Assembly (NCBI GenBank): GCA_043513715.1
Contig: CP121335.1
Coordinates: forward strand, 1,247,799 to 1,279,798
Length of the DNA: 32,000 nt
Direction: 5' to 3'
From: Rhizobiaceae bacterium
Lineage (GTDB): Bacteria > Pseudomonadota > Alphaproteobacteria > Rhizobiales > MH13
The translations under genes were made by a program, and so were the position numbers. Positions 1 through 8,546 of this stretch are shown one piece after another; within the stretch, counting starts at the first letter, position 1, and every line of letters starts with the position of its first letter. A model generated the notes under the pieces. It was given only the letters and a program-made list of their open reading frames with translations, was not told where the DNA came from and ran no database searches.

Positions 1-85
1 GACAGTGTTCCTGCGACCGGTCATGTCGCGCTCAAGCGATACCAGCCTTGAAGCGCATTTTGTGCTGCAGCCCGCTTAGGAGCAG

Positions 86-676
86 ATGCGCCAGCTTCTC
101 CTTTGGACTGGTCTGCTGGCGGCTATTGCATTGCCAGTGCTTCTTGCTGCGTTCAGCCCGCAGCTTGCCTGGCGGCAGCCGGTTTACATTGCTTCCAGCT
201 TTGCAGGCATCGCCGCTTTGGCGCTTCTCCTTGTACAGCCGCTGCTGATCGCGGGCTCCCTGCCGGGCATAGGCAAGCCGGTGGGGCGCCAGACCCATAA
301 GATCGTTGGCGGCGTGCTGGTGCTTACCGTGATTGCGCATGTTGGCGGTCTATGGCTCACCAGCCCGCCCGATGTGGTGGACGCTCTTTTGTTGGTCTCA
401 CCCACGCCGTTTTCCATTTGGGGCGTGCTGGCGATGTGGGCTGTGTTTGCCAGCACTGTTCTTGCCGTCTTCTGGCGTCGACTTGGCCTACGCCTTAGCA
501 CTTGGCGCAGCGTCCACTTGGCGTTGGCAGCGGTTATCGTGGGCGGTACGATCGCACATGTGCTGCTGATCGAGGGCATAATGCAGACATTGTCGAAAGT
601 GTTGCTCTGCGCGCTGGTGGGATTGGTCGCGCTGAAGGTTATCGTCGAGTGGCGGGCAAGGTTTAGCCGAGCCTAA
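86..676 (+). CDS. Hypothetical multi-His transmembrane protein, ferric-reductase-like (MsrQ/YedZ-like) fold suspected
   Basis: 196-aa ORF with AGGAG just upstream of the ATG. Almost entirely hydrophobic helices carrying spaced His residues (HKIVG, AHVGG, VHLALA, AHVLL), as in heme-b-binding ferric reductase TM domains. Family call rests on pattern only. Confidence 0.45.
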   Translation: MRQLLLWTGLLAAIALPVLLAAFSPQLAWRQPVYIASSFAGIAALALLLVQPLLIAGSLPGIGKPVGRQTHKIVGGVLVLTVIAHVGGLWLTSPPDVVDALLLVSPTPFSIWGVLAMWAVFASTVLAVFWRRLGLRLSTWRSVHLALAAVIVGGTIAHVLLIEGIMQTLSKVLLCALVGLVALKVIVEWRARFSRA

Positions 677-2043
677 GTGCGCGCGCTAAAGCGTACCATT
701 ACCTGCTCGCTTGGGCGCGTTGTCATGCGCGCCACGGGGCGGATGGCGGGGTTCTCAACCTGGATATCGTAACGGCGCACGAGGCGGGCCAGGAACAGCG
801 TGCTTTCAATGGTTGCGAACGCCGCGCCGGAACAGAGCCGATGGCCCTGGCCGAACGGGATGTAGCAACCCGGTGTCATCTCGGCCTCGCGCGCTGGCGA
901 AAAACGATCTGGATCAAATACATCTGAGTGTTTCCAATAGCGCTGATGCCGGTGCACCACCCACGGTGCCACCATTACCAATGCCCCCTTTTTGATGCGC
1001 TTCTTGCCAAGTTTGGTGCCTTCCAGCGCCACACGCGGCAGGAACGTGATCGGCGGATAAAGCCGAAGCGTCTCACGGAACATGTTGCGGGTGAAGGTGA
1101 GCTTTTTGGTGTGCTCGATGGTGATGGGGCCGTCGCCGCAGACCTGCTTCACCTCGGCTCGCATCCTCTCACGGGTGGGCGCGTGCATCGCCAACAGATA
1201 GACCGCCCATGTCAGCGCGCTGGCGGTGGTTTCGTGTCCGGCCAGAAAGAACACGCCCAACTGGTCAATCAGCTCTTCGCGGGTGAACGGTTGGCCAGTG
1301 GTGGCGTCCTTGGCGGCGATAACAGCGGCGGCGATGTCATCATAGGTGCCAGGGGAAGCGTTGATGTGCCCGTCGATCCACGTGCCCAGATGGCTTCGGA
1401 TGCGCGCGCAGGCGGCCAGCACTTCGGGCTTTTGCGGCACCGTGCTCCACGCTTTATCGAAGATCAGCCGCAGCACCTCAACTTGCGCCACCGAGCGCTC
1501 GAAGATTGCAAAATCATCAAACACCTGGTGGGCGATCTCTGACTTGAGCGACGAGGAAAACACCGTGCGGCAGATAATGTCGGCAGCCAGATGGCCCATC
1601 GCCTTATCCAACGAGAAGGCACGCCCTTCAGCGATTGTTTGATCAAAATAGCTTTCCGCCTCATCGACCCCTGCGCTCATGGCAGGGAAGGCGCGGTTGA
1701 TCCGCATGGCCGTGAAAGCCGGATCCACCATTGCGCGCTGTCGCCGCCAAGTATCGCCTGAGGAAACGAAGATGCTATCGCCGATCAGCGCCTCTGTGGC
1801 ATTCACCATCAGGTCGCTTTTGGGAAAAATCTGGTTCTCATCGCCAAGCACCTGCCGGATTAGCTCTGGCGCGTTTGCGATGACGATGGAGCGCCGCGAA
1901 TAACCCAGCGGGCCGATAGGGTCGCGATAGGCTGTATTGGGAAGCAGGCTCAGCAGATCACCGTCACCTTGCCGCAAAACACGGATAAGCGAGACAATGG
2001 CGGGCAGCGAAACGGGGCGAGGGGGCGTATAGGGAGTAGTCAT
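673..2043 (-). CDS. Cytochrome P450 monooxygenase
   Basis: 456-aa ORF. I-helix AGHETTA, K-helix ETLRLYPP (ExxR) and Cys-ligand loop FGQGHRLCSG (FxxGxRxCxG). AAAGG SD-like sequence upstream of the ATG. Its stop overlaps the stop of the convergent ORF 86..676 by 4 nt. Confidence 0.9.
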   Translation of the reverse strand: MTTPYTPPRPVSLPAIVSLIRVLRQGDGDLLSLLPNTAYRDPIGPLGYSRRSIVIANAPELIRQVLGDENQIFPKSDLMVNATEALIGDSIFVSSGDTWRRQRAMVDPAFTAMRINRAFPAMSAGVDEAESYFDQTIAEGRAFSLDKAMGHLAADIICRTVFSSSLKSEIAHQVFDDFAIFERSVAQVEVLRLIFDKAWSTVPQKPEVLAACARIRSHLGTWIDGHINASPGTYDDIAAAVIAAKDATTGQPFTREELIDQLGVFFLAGHETTASALTWAVYLLAMHAPTRERMRAEVKQVCGDGPITIEHTKKLTFTRNMFRETLRLYPPITFLPRVALEGTKLGKKRIKKGALVMVAPWVVHRHQRYWKHSDVFDPDRFSPAREAEMTPGCYIPFGQGHRLCSGAAFATIESTLFLARLVRRYDIQVENPAIRPVARMTTRPSEQVMVRFSART

Positions 2044-2108
2044 TGATGCCTTTTGGGCGAAAAACGTAACCTATTCATCACAATTCTACTGGATTTGACA
2101 CCCTGAAC

Positions 2109-2126
2109 TGTCGCATAATGTGGACA
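2109..2126. promoter_or_regulatory. PpsR/CrtJ-type palindrome TGT-N12-ACA in the P450 / 7-TM divergent intergenic region
   Basis: The sequence TGTcgcataatgtggACA overlaps the GTG/ATG start of ORF 2120..2929. It is a perfect core match but lacks the extended TGTCAA half-sites of the other boxes. A few chance matches per 32 kb are expected. Confidence 0.35.
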
Positions 2127-2929
2127 TGGCGACCGCATCCTCTACCATAGACGCGCTGCCCATTTTGGGTATTCCGAGCATTGATGTGTTTCACACCTTT
2201 GTGTGGGGGCACATCATCTTTGGGGCCGTTGGGCTGGTGCTGTTCTGGGTGCCGGTGGCGGGCAAAAAGGGCGGCTGGTGGCATGTCCATGCCGGGCGCG
2301 TTTTCACGATCTGCATGCTGGCGACGGGTTGCTTGGCGACACTCATCAGCCTCACCACGCTGTATGATCCTGCGGGCACGCACCCACATCTCATGACCCA
2401 CCCAGATTTTGGCAATGTGACGGTTATCCGTGATATTTTTGGCTGGCTTATGATTTATCTGGCCATCCTCACCATCAATCTCACCTGGTACGGGTGGCAG
2501 ACGGTGAAGCACAAAACCAACCGGGCCGCGATCCGCGATCCGCTGAACCTGTTCCTGCAGGCCGCGCTGTTGGTGGCCACTATCAACTGCACCTATCACG
2601 GGCTGGTGGACGGGCAGGTGCTGATGATCGGCATTTCCACCATCGGCTACGCCACGGTGATCACCAACCTTTGGTTCCTTTATAAGCCCAAGCCCTGGGT
2701 GAAGGACTGGCTGATGGAGCATATCAAGGCGTTGGTGGGCACCGGCATCTCCGTCTACACGGCGTTTTTTGCGTTTGGCGCGGTGCGCTTTTTGCCCGAA
2801 GCTGCCTTAACGCCCGCACTGTGGTCGGTGCCGTTGGTGATCGGGCTCAGCATCATCTTCTACCAGTGGTACCGAGTGAAAAACCCAAAACGTAAGGTTG
2901 GGCGGGAGAGCGTGCAGGCGGCGCATTAG
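2120..2929 (+). CDS. Hypothetical polytopic membrane protein (about 7 TM helices)
   Basis: 269-aa ORF with a GTG start at 2120 or ATG at 2126. It has seven hydrophobic stretches and no motif I can assign to a known family. Confidence 0.6.
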   Translation: MDMATASSTIDALPILGIPSIDVFHTFVWGHIIFGAVGLVLFWVPVAGKKGGWWHVHAGRVFTICMLATGCLATLISLTTLYDPAGTHPHLMTHPDFGNVTVIRDIFGWLMIYLAILTINLTWYGWQTVKHKTNRAAIRDPLNLFLQAALLVATINCTYHGLVDGQVLMIGISTIGYATVITNLWFLYKPKPWVKDWLMEHIKALVGTGISVYTAFFAFGAVRFLPEAALTPALWSVPLVIGLSIIFYQWYRVKNPKRKVGRESVQAAH

Positions 2930-2951
2930 TTGCTCTGAGCGCCCACTCGTT

Positions 2952-2972
2952 GGCCATGATGGTGTCATGGCC
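2952..2972. terminator. Hairpin between convergent genes (possible bidirectional terminator)
   Basis: The stem ggccatga / tcatggcc is 8 bp with loop tggtg, in the 50-nt gap between ORF 2120..2929 (+) and the EAL gene (-). There is no clear U-run on either strand. Confidence 0.3.
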
Positions 2973-2979
2973 TTGAAGC

Positions 2980-3837
2980 CTAATTCTTTGCCGACCCGAT
3001 GGCGTTAATCGCTGCGCTTACTTCGCTTGCAGGCATTGGCCGTGCGAAGAAAAAGCCTTGGATCGCATCGACGCCTGCATCCTGGAGAACTTGGACCTGC
3101 GCATCGTTCTCAACGCCTTCAGCAATGGTTTTCATGCCATATTGGCGCGCAACGGACACGAACAGATCAATCAAGACGCGCGAGCGTGGATCATGGTCGA
3201 TGTGGTCAATGAAGAATTTATCGATCTTCAGTGTACGCGCTTGCAAAATCTGAAGCGCAGCCAGACCATTGTGCCCTGTTCCCGCGTCATCGATTGCTAT
3301 GCGAAATCCGTTTTTGGTTAGCTTGCGGGTTGTGTCGGCCACTTTCTCGGGCGAGCTGATAACCTGTCTCTCGGTGACTTCCAGGCAAATTTGACGGGGA
3401 GATAGGTCGTTGGCTTTCGCCAATCCCATTATCTCATCAACAAAGTTTGCCTCGACAAGCTGCTCGGGAACAACGTTGAAGCTAACATAAAAGTCTGGCT
3501 CCGCTTTCAGTCTGTCGGCTAGTCCTGCTGCTGTGTGTTTCATCATCGCAGCCAACAGCTGCCCGTTAAGGCCATAACGCTCCACGACCGGTATGAATTG
3601 TCCCGGCGAGACGGTGGTTCCGTCAGTTTTTGTCCAACGCGCCAGTGCTTCGAACCCTATCACGGCGCCCGATCGGACGCCGACGATGGGTTGAAAGTGA
3701 GGAATGATCTGGCCTGCACGCAATGCTCGCTTCACGTCGCCCAACAGCTCGTCGCGGCCATGCAGAAAAGCCCATGTGGCAAGCCCTGCAAAAAACGAGC
3801 AAAGCGCAAGCCAGCCCAGCCCAATTGAACTGGGCAA
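2980..3837 (-). CDS. EAL-domain c-di-GMP phosphodiesterase, C-terminal part (TM2 + EAL) of a frameshift-split CSS-EAL gene
   Basis: EAL-domain motifs are present: FQPIV, GFEALARW, CLEVTE, DDAGTG, KIDKFF, AEGVEN, QGFFFARP. The tracked ORF starts at TTG 3837, but the same frame stays open upstream to 3984 and encodes plausible protein (FAEETVASFIGSQVRQDITPTSF...). Confidence 0.85.
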   Translation of the reverse strand: MPSSIGLGWLALCSFFAGLATWAFLHGRDELLGDVKRALRAGQIIPHFQPIVGVRSGAVIGFEALARWTKTDGTTVSPGQFIPVVERYGLNGQLLAAMMKHTAAGLADRLKAEPDFYVSFNVVPEQLVEANFVDEIMGLAKANDLSPRQICLEVTERQVISSPEKVADTTRKLTKNGFRIAIDDAGTGHNGLAALQILQARTLKIDKFFIDHIDHDPRSRVLIDLFVSVARQYGMKTIAEGVENDAQVQVLQDAGVDAIQGFFFARPMPASEVSAAINAIGSAKN

Positions 3838-3880
3838 GTCTGAGTGCCAGCCTGCAAGGACCTTTGGATCAATCAGAATA

Positions 3881-4555
3881 TCAACCGCAAAGGGATAGCG
3901 CGCGCCTAAGCTGGAGAAGGATGTTGGTGTTATGTCTTGGCGAACCTGCGAGCCGATAAAGCTGGCAACTGTTTCTTCTGCAAATTAAAAGATCAACACG
4001 GCCTGTGTTGCGCAGCTCATTTGGTAGAATATCGAACAGAAGAGCGTCGGCGCTGATCGCTGCAATCAGCTCCAGGTTTGTGCCAAGGCCCCACGAAACG
4101 CCGATAAAACTGCTGTTTTCACCTTGCAGGAGGCCAAAGCGATAGGCGGGATTGCGGGCCTGTGCCCACTCACTTCGTTCATCCGTGGACGGCAAGGTGG
4201 AGCTTAAAGCCCCAAAGCTCGAGCACTGCTCGGTAGGCGTAACCATGTAGATATCAGACACGGTTCCAATACCCAAAACCAATTCACGCAGCTTTGAGCG
4301 CGCCTGCAGATTGCAGGTGCCCTGATTGGTCAGCAAAAACTCGCTGTTGGCAATGATGACAAAATCGACAGCCTTTTCAGCGCGACGCATCAGCTGATGT
4401 GAGAGTTCATCAAGCTGCATGGCATTGCTGCGCTGGTTAACCTGATGATGCAGTACCAAGCCGCCCAACAGACCAGCTGACAGCAGCGCCGCAAAAAGCA
4501 GAGCCGCAAAAATATGATGTCGACGAATGTTCACGTTGTGCCCGCCTCTTTGCAC
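3881..4555 (-). CDS. CSS-motif periplasmic sensor domain, N-terminal part of the split CSS-EAL phosphodiesterase
   Basis: An N-terminal TM helix (IFAALLFAALLSAGLLGGLVL) is followed by a soluble domain with Cys in TCNLQ and the CSS signature in TEQCSSFG. This matches the E. coli PdeC-type CSS-EAL architecture. The last ~35 aa look out of frame. The likely true start is GTG 4534 rather than 4555. Confidence 0.65.
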   Translation of the reverse strand: MQRGGHNVNIRRHHIFAALLFAALLSAGLLGGLVLHHQVNQRSNAMQLDELSHQLMRRAEKAVDFVIIANSEFLLTNQGTCNLQARSKLRELVLGIGTVSDIYMVTPTEQCSSFGALSSTLPSTDERSEWAQARNPAYRFGLLQGENSSFIGVSWGLGTNLELIAAISADALLFDILPNELRNTGRVDLLICRRNSCQLYRLAGSPRHNTNILLQLRRALSLCG

Positions 4556-4702
4556 AACAGAATGGGGTAAAACGCCTAAGTTTTAGCTAATCAAAGAAGA
4601 GCTATTTGGTCGCACTCTGGCTATTGATTTTTGACCACGTCCTCTTGAAGGCCTAGCCTACCCCGAACGTTCTTGGCCCGGCTTGGCCTGGTTTAATGGT
4701 GG

Positions 4703-6214
4703 CTATACCTTTGCAAATTCACTTGCATCCGGGGCCACCTTCTCCATCACTTTGGCCGATGGCAGAACGCCCGGGACGCCCGCGCCGGGATGGGTGCCCG
4801 CGCCGACGAGAAACAGGTTCTTCGCTTCTGGTGATTTGTTGTGCGGGCGGAACCATGCACTCTGAAACAGTTTTGGCTCGATGGAAAACGCTGCGCCATT
4901 GACCGAAGACAGCCTGTCCTGAAAGTCCTGCGGGGTCAGCATATGCTGGGTCACGATGCTCTCACCCAAGCCCGGCAGCACCGTTTCTTCCAGCCGTTTT
5001 TCAATTGCCTTGCGGTAAGGTTCAGCCTGGACGCTCCAGTCGGTGCCGCTTTTCAGGTTGGGTACCGGCGAGAGCACGTAAAACGAGTCGCATCCTTGCG
5101 GCGCCAGAGAGGGGTCGTTGGCCGTTGGCCGGTGCAGATAGAGCGAGAAATCGTCGGCCAATATCTTGCGCTGGAAGATGTCTTTGAGCAGCTCTTGGTA
5201 GCGCGGCCCGAGCACCATGGTGTGGTGCTGGCAATCCTCAAAGCGCTTGTTGGTGCCAAAATACCAGACGAACAGGCTCATGGAGAAATCGCGGCGCTTC
5301 ACCTTGGCGTCTGTCCAGGTTTTACGCTTATGGTTGCGCAACAGGTGCGTGTAAGTGGCCGCAGCATCTGCGTTGGACACCACAACAGAGCTATCCAATC
5401 GCTCGCCGCTTTCTAGCGTCACGCCAACCGCAGTGCCGTTTTCAACGCGAATTTCATCGACGCCCGCATTGCAGATCACTTCGCCGCCCTGATCCTCGAT
5501 CAGATCGACCAGCCCCTTTACCAGCGCACCTGTGCCGCCTATGGCGTAGTGCACACCATATTTGCGCTCCAAATGGGCGATCAGGCAGTAGTAGGCGGTG
5601 GTGGTCAGCGGGTTGCCGCCGATCAGCAATGGGTGGAAGGAGAAAACTACCCGCAGTGCTGGGTCTTTGAGGTATTTGCACACGGTGTTGTACACCGAGT
5701 TATAGCCGCCAAGGCGAATAAGGTCTGGCGCGCACTTGAGTGTAAAAAGCAGGCTGTGAAATGGCACATCCACCAGCTTCTCAAAGGCCACCTTGTAGAT
5801 GTCTTCGCTGACCTTTTTGAAGCGTTCAAAGCCCTCCACATCGCCAGGGCTGAAGCGGGCCACTTCGGCGCGCATGGCATCATCATCGCCGCAGTAGCGG
5901 AACACCCGGCCATCATCAAAACGGATGTCATAGAAGGGATTGGACGGGCGCAGGTCGATGTAATCTTCAAAGCGTTTGCCGCACAGTTCCCACAGTTCGT
6001 GGAACACCTGCGGTGCGGTGATGATGGTTGGCCCTGCATCAAAGGTGTAGCCGTCTTGCTTGTAGGTGTAGGCGCGCCCGCCGGGCTTATCGAGCTTTTC
6101 CAGCACCGAAACGCGATAGCCTTTGGCCCCCAGACGCACAGCCGCGGCTAGCCCGCCAAAGCCAGATCCCACCACAATGGCCCGCGGACGGTTGTCAGTT
6201 GTGGTGTCAAGCAT
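4703..6214 (-). CDS. crtI: Phytoene desaturase
   Basis: 503 aa with the N-terminal FAD fold AIVVGSGFGGLAAAVRL...LEK...GGRA and the C-terminal GAGTHPGAGVPGVL. AAGAGG SD upstream of the ATG. Confidence 0.95.
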   Translation of the reverse strand: MLDTTTDNRPRAIVVGSGFGGLAAAVRLGAKGYRVSVLEKLDKPGGRAYTYKQDGYTFDAGPTIITAPQVFHELWELCGKRFEDYIDLRPSNPFYDIRFDDGRVFRYCGDDDAMRAEVARFSPGDVEGFERFKKVSEDIYKVAFEKLVDVPFHSLLFTLKCAPDLIRLGGYNSVYNTVCKYLKDPALRVVFSFHPLLIGGNPLTTTAYYCLIAHLERKYGVHYAIGGTGALVKGLVDLIEDQGGEVICNAGVDEIRVENGTAVGVTLESGERLDSSVVVSNADAAATYTHLLRNHKRKTWTDAKVKRRDFSMSLFVWYFGTNKRFEDCQHHTMVLGPRYQELLKDIFQRKILADDFSLYLHRPTANDPSLAPQGCDSFYVLSPVPNLKSGTDWSVQAEPYRKAIEKRLEETVLPGLGESIVTQHMLTPQDFQDRLSSVNGAAFSIEPKLFQSAWFRPHNKSPEAKNLFLVGAGTHPGAGVPGVLPSAKVMEKVAPDASEFAKV

Positions 6215-6229
6215 TGCAGGCCTCTTGTG

Positions 6230-6247
6230 TGTCTAACTGTATTGACG
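6230..6247. promoter_or_regulatory. Degenerate PpsR/CrtJ-like box (TGT-N12-ACG) in the crtI / ATP-grasp divergent gap
   Basis: The sequence TGTctaactgtattgACG lies 16 nt upstream of the crtI start. It has one mismatch in the right half-site. Confidence 0.25.
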
Positions 6248-6303
6248 CTACCAGCTTGGCTCAAGGCGGGCAACGCGGGGTTTGGCCGCATAAACTCGTA
6301 TGG

Positions 6304-7458
6304 TTGGTTGTGTTGCCTACAGTCCTGCTCACGCTTGGCCGCCTGCCCAAGGGTCTGGATATCGCCCGCAGCTTTAACGCAGCGGGTTGGCGGGTGATCG
6401 TGGCCGAGCCGTTTGGCTGGCACTTGTGTGGGGTGTCCCGAAGCGTTGCCAAAAGTGCTGTGGTGCCCGCGCCTAACAATGACTGCAAGGCGTATCTGGC
6501 GGCTTTGGGCGATGTGATTGCGCGCGAGAACGTGTCGCTTGTCGTGCCGGTGTCTGAGGAGACCATGCATGTGAGTGCGCTGGCCGGTCAGCTTTCACTT
6601 TTCACCAGCGCACAAGCCGATGTGCTGGCCCTCCATGACAAGGTGCGGTTTGCGTCCTGGCTTGCAGAGCAGGGTTTGGCCGCGCCAAAGACCGCGCTTA
6701 TCGGTACCAATGAGGCACAGGTTTTAGCCCGTAGCGGGCCATCAATCGTTAAGGATCGTTGGGGGGCGTCCGGTTCAAACGTTGAGTTTTACGATCAGGG
6801 TGCCAGCCTGCCACCGCGGGCGGGTGCACTGGTCCAGGAGCGGCTTGAGGGCGACGAGGTCAGCACTTTTTCGATCGTGCATGAGGGTAAGGTGTCGATC
6901 ACTGTGGTGTACCGGGCAGTTATCCGCGATGGCACGGTGAGCACGGTGTTTGAGCGGATCGACCTGCCCGAGGTTGAGACTTATGTGGCAGCCATTGCAA
7001 GGGCCAGCGGCCACACCGGGTTCCTTTCGTTTGATCTGATGATCACGGGCACTCATTCTTGCTCTGGGCCTTTGGCCCAACCGCTGGGAGACCCCGTGGC
7101 GTTTGAATGCAACCCGCGCGCCAATAGCGGCATCCACTTTCTGGAGACGGGCGATATTGCCCGCGCGATTCTAGAGCCGGGCTTCACCCCGCGCTTCAAG
7201 CACCACACGCGCATGCAGCAAGCCTACCCAACGCTGACACTGCTCTGGGGTGCCATTGGTACATGGCCGCGCTACCGGCAGATTGCCAAGGCATTGTTCA
7301 CATCCCGCGATGTCACCTGGAGCCTGGCTGATCCGCTGCCGTTTGCCCTCATGACTCCGGTTACATGGCCATTGCTACGCCAAGCTATGTTTGAGGGGCG
7401 CACCCTCGGCGAGGCAGCCATCCATGATATTGGCTGGCTTGGTTCTGATCAGGCCTGA
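6304..7458 (+). CDS. ATP-grasp fold enzyme, substrate unknown
   Basis: The N-terminal Rossmann-like pre-domain reads VLLTLGRLPKGLDIARSFNAAGWRVIVAE. The hinge is LVQERLEGDEVSTFSIV and the C-terminal motif is FECNPRANSG. The tracked ORF begins at 6028 inside crtI. The real start is probably TTG/GTG at 6304-6313 or TTG 6256. Confidence 0.7.
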   Translation: MVVLPTVLLTLGRLPKGLDIARSFNAAGWRVIVAEPFGWHLCGVSRSVAKSAVVPAPNNDCKAYLAALGDVIARENVSLVVPVSEETMHVSALAGQLSLFTSAQADVLALHDKVRFASWLAEQGLAAPKTALIGTNEAQVLARSGPSIVKDRWGASGSNVEFYDQGASLPPRAGALVQERLEGDEVSTFSIVHEGKVSITVVYRAVIRDGTVSTVFERIDLPEVETYVAAIARASGHTGFLSFDLMITGTHSCSGPLAQPLGDPVAFECNPRANSGIHFLETGDIARAILEPGFTPRFKHHTRMQQAYPTLTLLWGAIGTWPRYRQIAKALFTSRDVTWSLADPLPFALMTPVTWPLLRQAMFEGRTLGEAAIHDIGWLGSDQA

Positions 7459-7476
7459 TTTTAGCATAGGGACAAG

Positions 7477-7494
7477 TGTCCACTTTGCATGACA
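7477..7494. promoter_or_regulatory. PpsR/CrtJ-type palindrome upstream of bchI
   Basis: The sequence aagTGTccactttgcatgACActt lies 30 nt upstream of the bchI start. It shares the AAGTGTC left arm with the crtE, bchC and puhA boxes. Confidence 0.6.
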
Positions 7495-7523
7495 CTTGAC
7501 GCCTGCTACCAAACTAGAACCTT

Positions 7524-8543
7524 GTGATTTTTGATTGGCGATATGCAGTGTCTACCCGCGTAAACTTCCCCTTTTCCGCCATCGTCGGGCAGGAGGCGAT
7601 GAAGCGCGCGCTGCTCATTTCCGCCATCGATCCGACTATTGGCGGCGTGCTGGTTTTTGGCGACCGCGGTACCGGTAAATCGACTGCCGTGCGGGCGCTT
7701 GCCCAGCTTCTGCCCAAGATGAAAGTGGTGGATGGCTCGCCCTACAATATCGACCCCGCCAGGCACGATGATCCCGATGTAAAAACGCGGCAGGTTCCCG
7801 TGCCCGTGGTTGATCTGCCGCTTGGCGCAACCGAAGATCGTGTGGTGGGCGCGCTTGATATTGAAAAGGCCCTGACACAGGGTGAGCGTGCTTTTCAGCC
7901 AGGACTGTTGGCGCAGGCCAATCGCGGCTTTCTCTACATTGATGAGATCAACCTTTTGGAAGACCATCTGGTGGATCTGCTGCTGGATGTTGCAGCTTCT
8001 GGCGAAAACGTGGTGGAGCGCGAGGGCCTCTCAATCCGCCATCCGGCGCGCTTTGTACTGATCGGTTCAGGCAACCCCGAAGAGGGTGAACTTCGCCCGC
8101 AGCTGCTTGATCGCTTTGGCCTGTCTGTGGATGTCGCCACGCCTGATGATGTAAAGCAGCGTATAGAGGTGGTCCGCCGCCGCGATGCGTTTGATCGCGA
8201 CCCACAGGCTTTTGCGGAAAAATGGAAGCGCAAGGACGGTGCAGTGCGTCGCCATATTGTGGCCGGCCGCAAGCGACTGGATGGCCTGCAGGTGCCCGAT
8301 GAAGTGCTGGAGCAGGCTGCGGGCCTCTGCATGGCGCTGGGCACAGACGGCCTGCGTGGCGAGCTGACCTTGATGCGTGCTGCGCGTGCCTACGCCGCTT
8401 TGGAAGGCCATGACAGCGTGACGGCTGACGCGCTGCGCTTCGTTGCACCGATGGTGCTCAGCCACCGGTTGCGCCGCAATCCACTCGATGACTCCCGTGC
8501 GTCCACCCGTGTGGAACGAGCGGTGGACGAGGTGATGGGGTAA
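7524..8543 (+). CDS. bchI: Magnesium chelatase ATPase subunit I
   Basis: FPFSAIVGQEAMKRALL, Walker A GDRGTGKST, Walker B FLYIDEINLL, and AAA+ sensor regions. The start is GTG at 7524 or 7548. Confidence 0.97.
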   Translation: MIFDWRYAVSTRVNFPFSAIVGQEAMKRALLISAIDPTIGGVLVFGDRGTGKSTAVRALAQLLPKMKVVDGSPYNIDPARHDDPDVKTRQVPVPVVDLPLGATEDRVVGALDIEKALTQGERAFQPGLLAQANRGFLYIDEINLLEDHLVDLLLDVAASGENVVEREGLSIRHPARFVLIGSGNPEEGELRPQLLDRFGLSVDVATPDDVKQRIEVVRRRDAFDRDPQAFAEKWKRKDGAVRRHIVAGRKRLDGLQVPDEVLEQAAGLCMALGTDGLRGELTLMRAARAYAALEGHDSVTADALRFVAPMVLSHRLRRNPLDDSRASTRVERAVDEVMG

Positions 8544-8546
8544 CCC

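Noticed and set aside
928-1542. 204-aa + strand ORF antisense to the P450 gene, with several shorter ones nearby
   Set aside because: It lies entirely inside a gene with unambiguous P450 motifs. Its R/G/A/H-rich composition is typical of shadow ORFs in GC-rich DNA.
4624-4637. FNR/FnrL-like site TTGAT-N4-GACCA upstream of the CSS-domain gene
   Set aside because: Only the left half-site matches the TTGAT-N4-ATCAA consensus. The right half matches at 2 of 5 positions.
5549-6151. 200-aa + strand ORF antisense to crtI, and the 6028-6303 5' extension of the ATP-grasp ORF
   Set aside because: It overlaps the well-supported crtI coding sequence. The extension has junk-like composition, and plausible starts for the ATP-grasp gene exist just after the crtI start.
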